A stretch of DNA of 51,112 bases from Nemertoderma westbladi (Eukaryota; Animalia; Xenacoelomorpha): positions 1 through 51,112 of the forward strand of contig JAUCBJ010001061.1 of NCBI GenBank assembly GCA_032718475.1, given 5' to 3'. The notes beneath the pieces are model-generated. The model saw only the letters and a list, made by a program, of their open reading frames with translations, searched no databases and was not told where the DNA came from. Position numbers and translations under genes: made by a program. Position 1 is the first letter of the stretch. Every line of letters starts with the position of its first letter. Below, one piece after another: positions 50,781 through 51,112 of the stretch.

Positions 50781-51112
50781 TCTGGGCAGATCGTTGAAGC
50801 GCAATGTGTGTTGGTAGGTATCATAAATCAGCGATTCCACTCCAAAGTGTTTATATAACATACTGTATTTGTGGGAACTTTGCAACCATCAAGATGAAGG
50901 AGCTTCCTGAGAACGTTTCTATAGTTTATTTTTCTTTTCCAGTAAACTATCCAATATACATCGGCATAGAGTAACGGAAAACTGGCATTGAGTAGGACTT
51001 ATAGATTTGCCAGGGTTTCAATTGGTAGGGTATCTATTTTGCTGTCAATCACAAAGTTCGAAACGTTCTGTTCTGTTTGCTTCTGGAATGTGAGCTCTTG
51101 TTGTCCTTGTCG

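Overview
AT-rich, intron-containing invertebrate animal genomic DNA. Four conserved host genes could be assembled with GT-AG junctions that keep frame. They are PSMC6/Rpt4 (minus strand, exons 1-4, rest off the left edge), a single-exon C22orf39/PANTS-like gene (plus), MEF2 (minus, 3 coding exons) and ICA1/ICA69 (minus, 3 coding exons). An intronless type II membrane fibrinogen-domain (FReD) gene lies at 47.6-48.7 kb. Its 5' end and upstream flank recur twice more: an open copy inside a PSMC6 intron and a dead copy at 40.8 kb. Two of the three copies bracket a decayed, intron-containing Helitron Rep/Pif1 region, so a mobile or recurrently duplicated FReD cassette is the best candidate for an undescribed system. 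The rest is a dense, nested transposon landscape: RTE and L2/CR1-like LINEs, a Penelope with a hammerhead-like core, Tc1/mariner, MULE-like, hAT-like (8-bp and 5-bp TSD) and TSD-less foldback elements, a piggyBac relic, tRNA-derived SINEs and several minisatellites. All family assignments are by eye from remembered motifs, not database searches.
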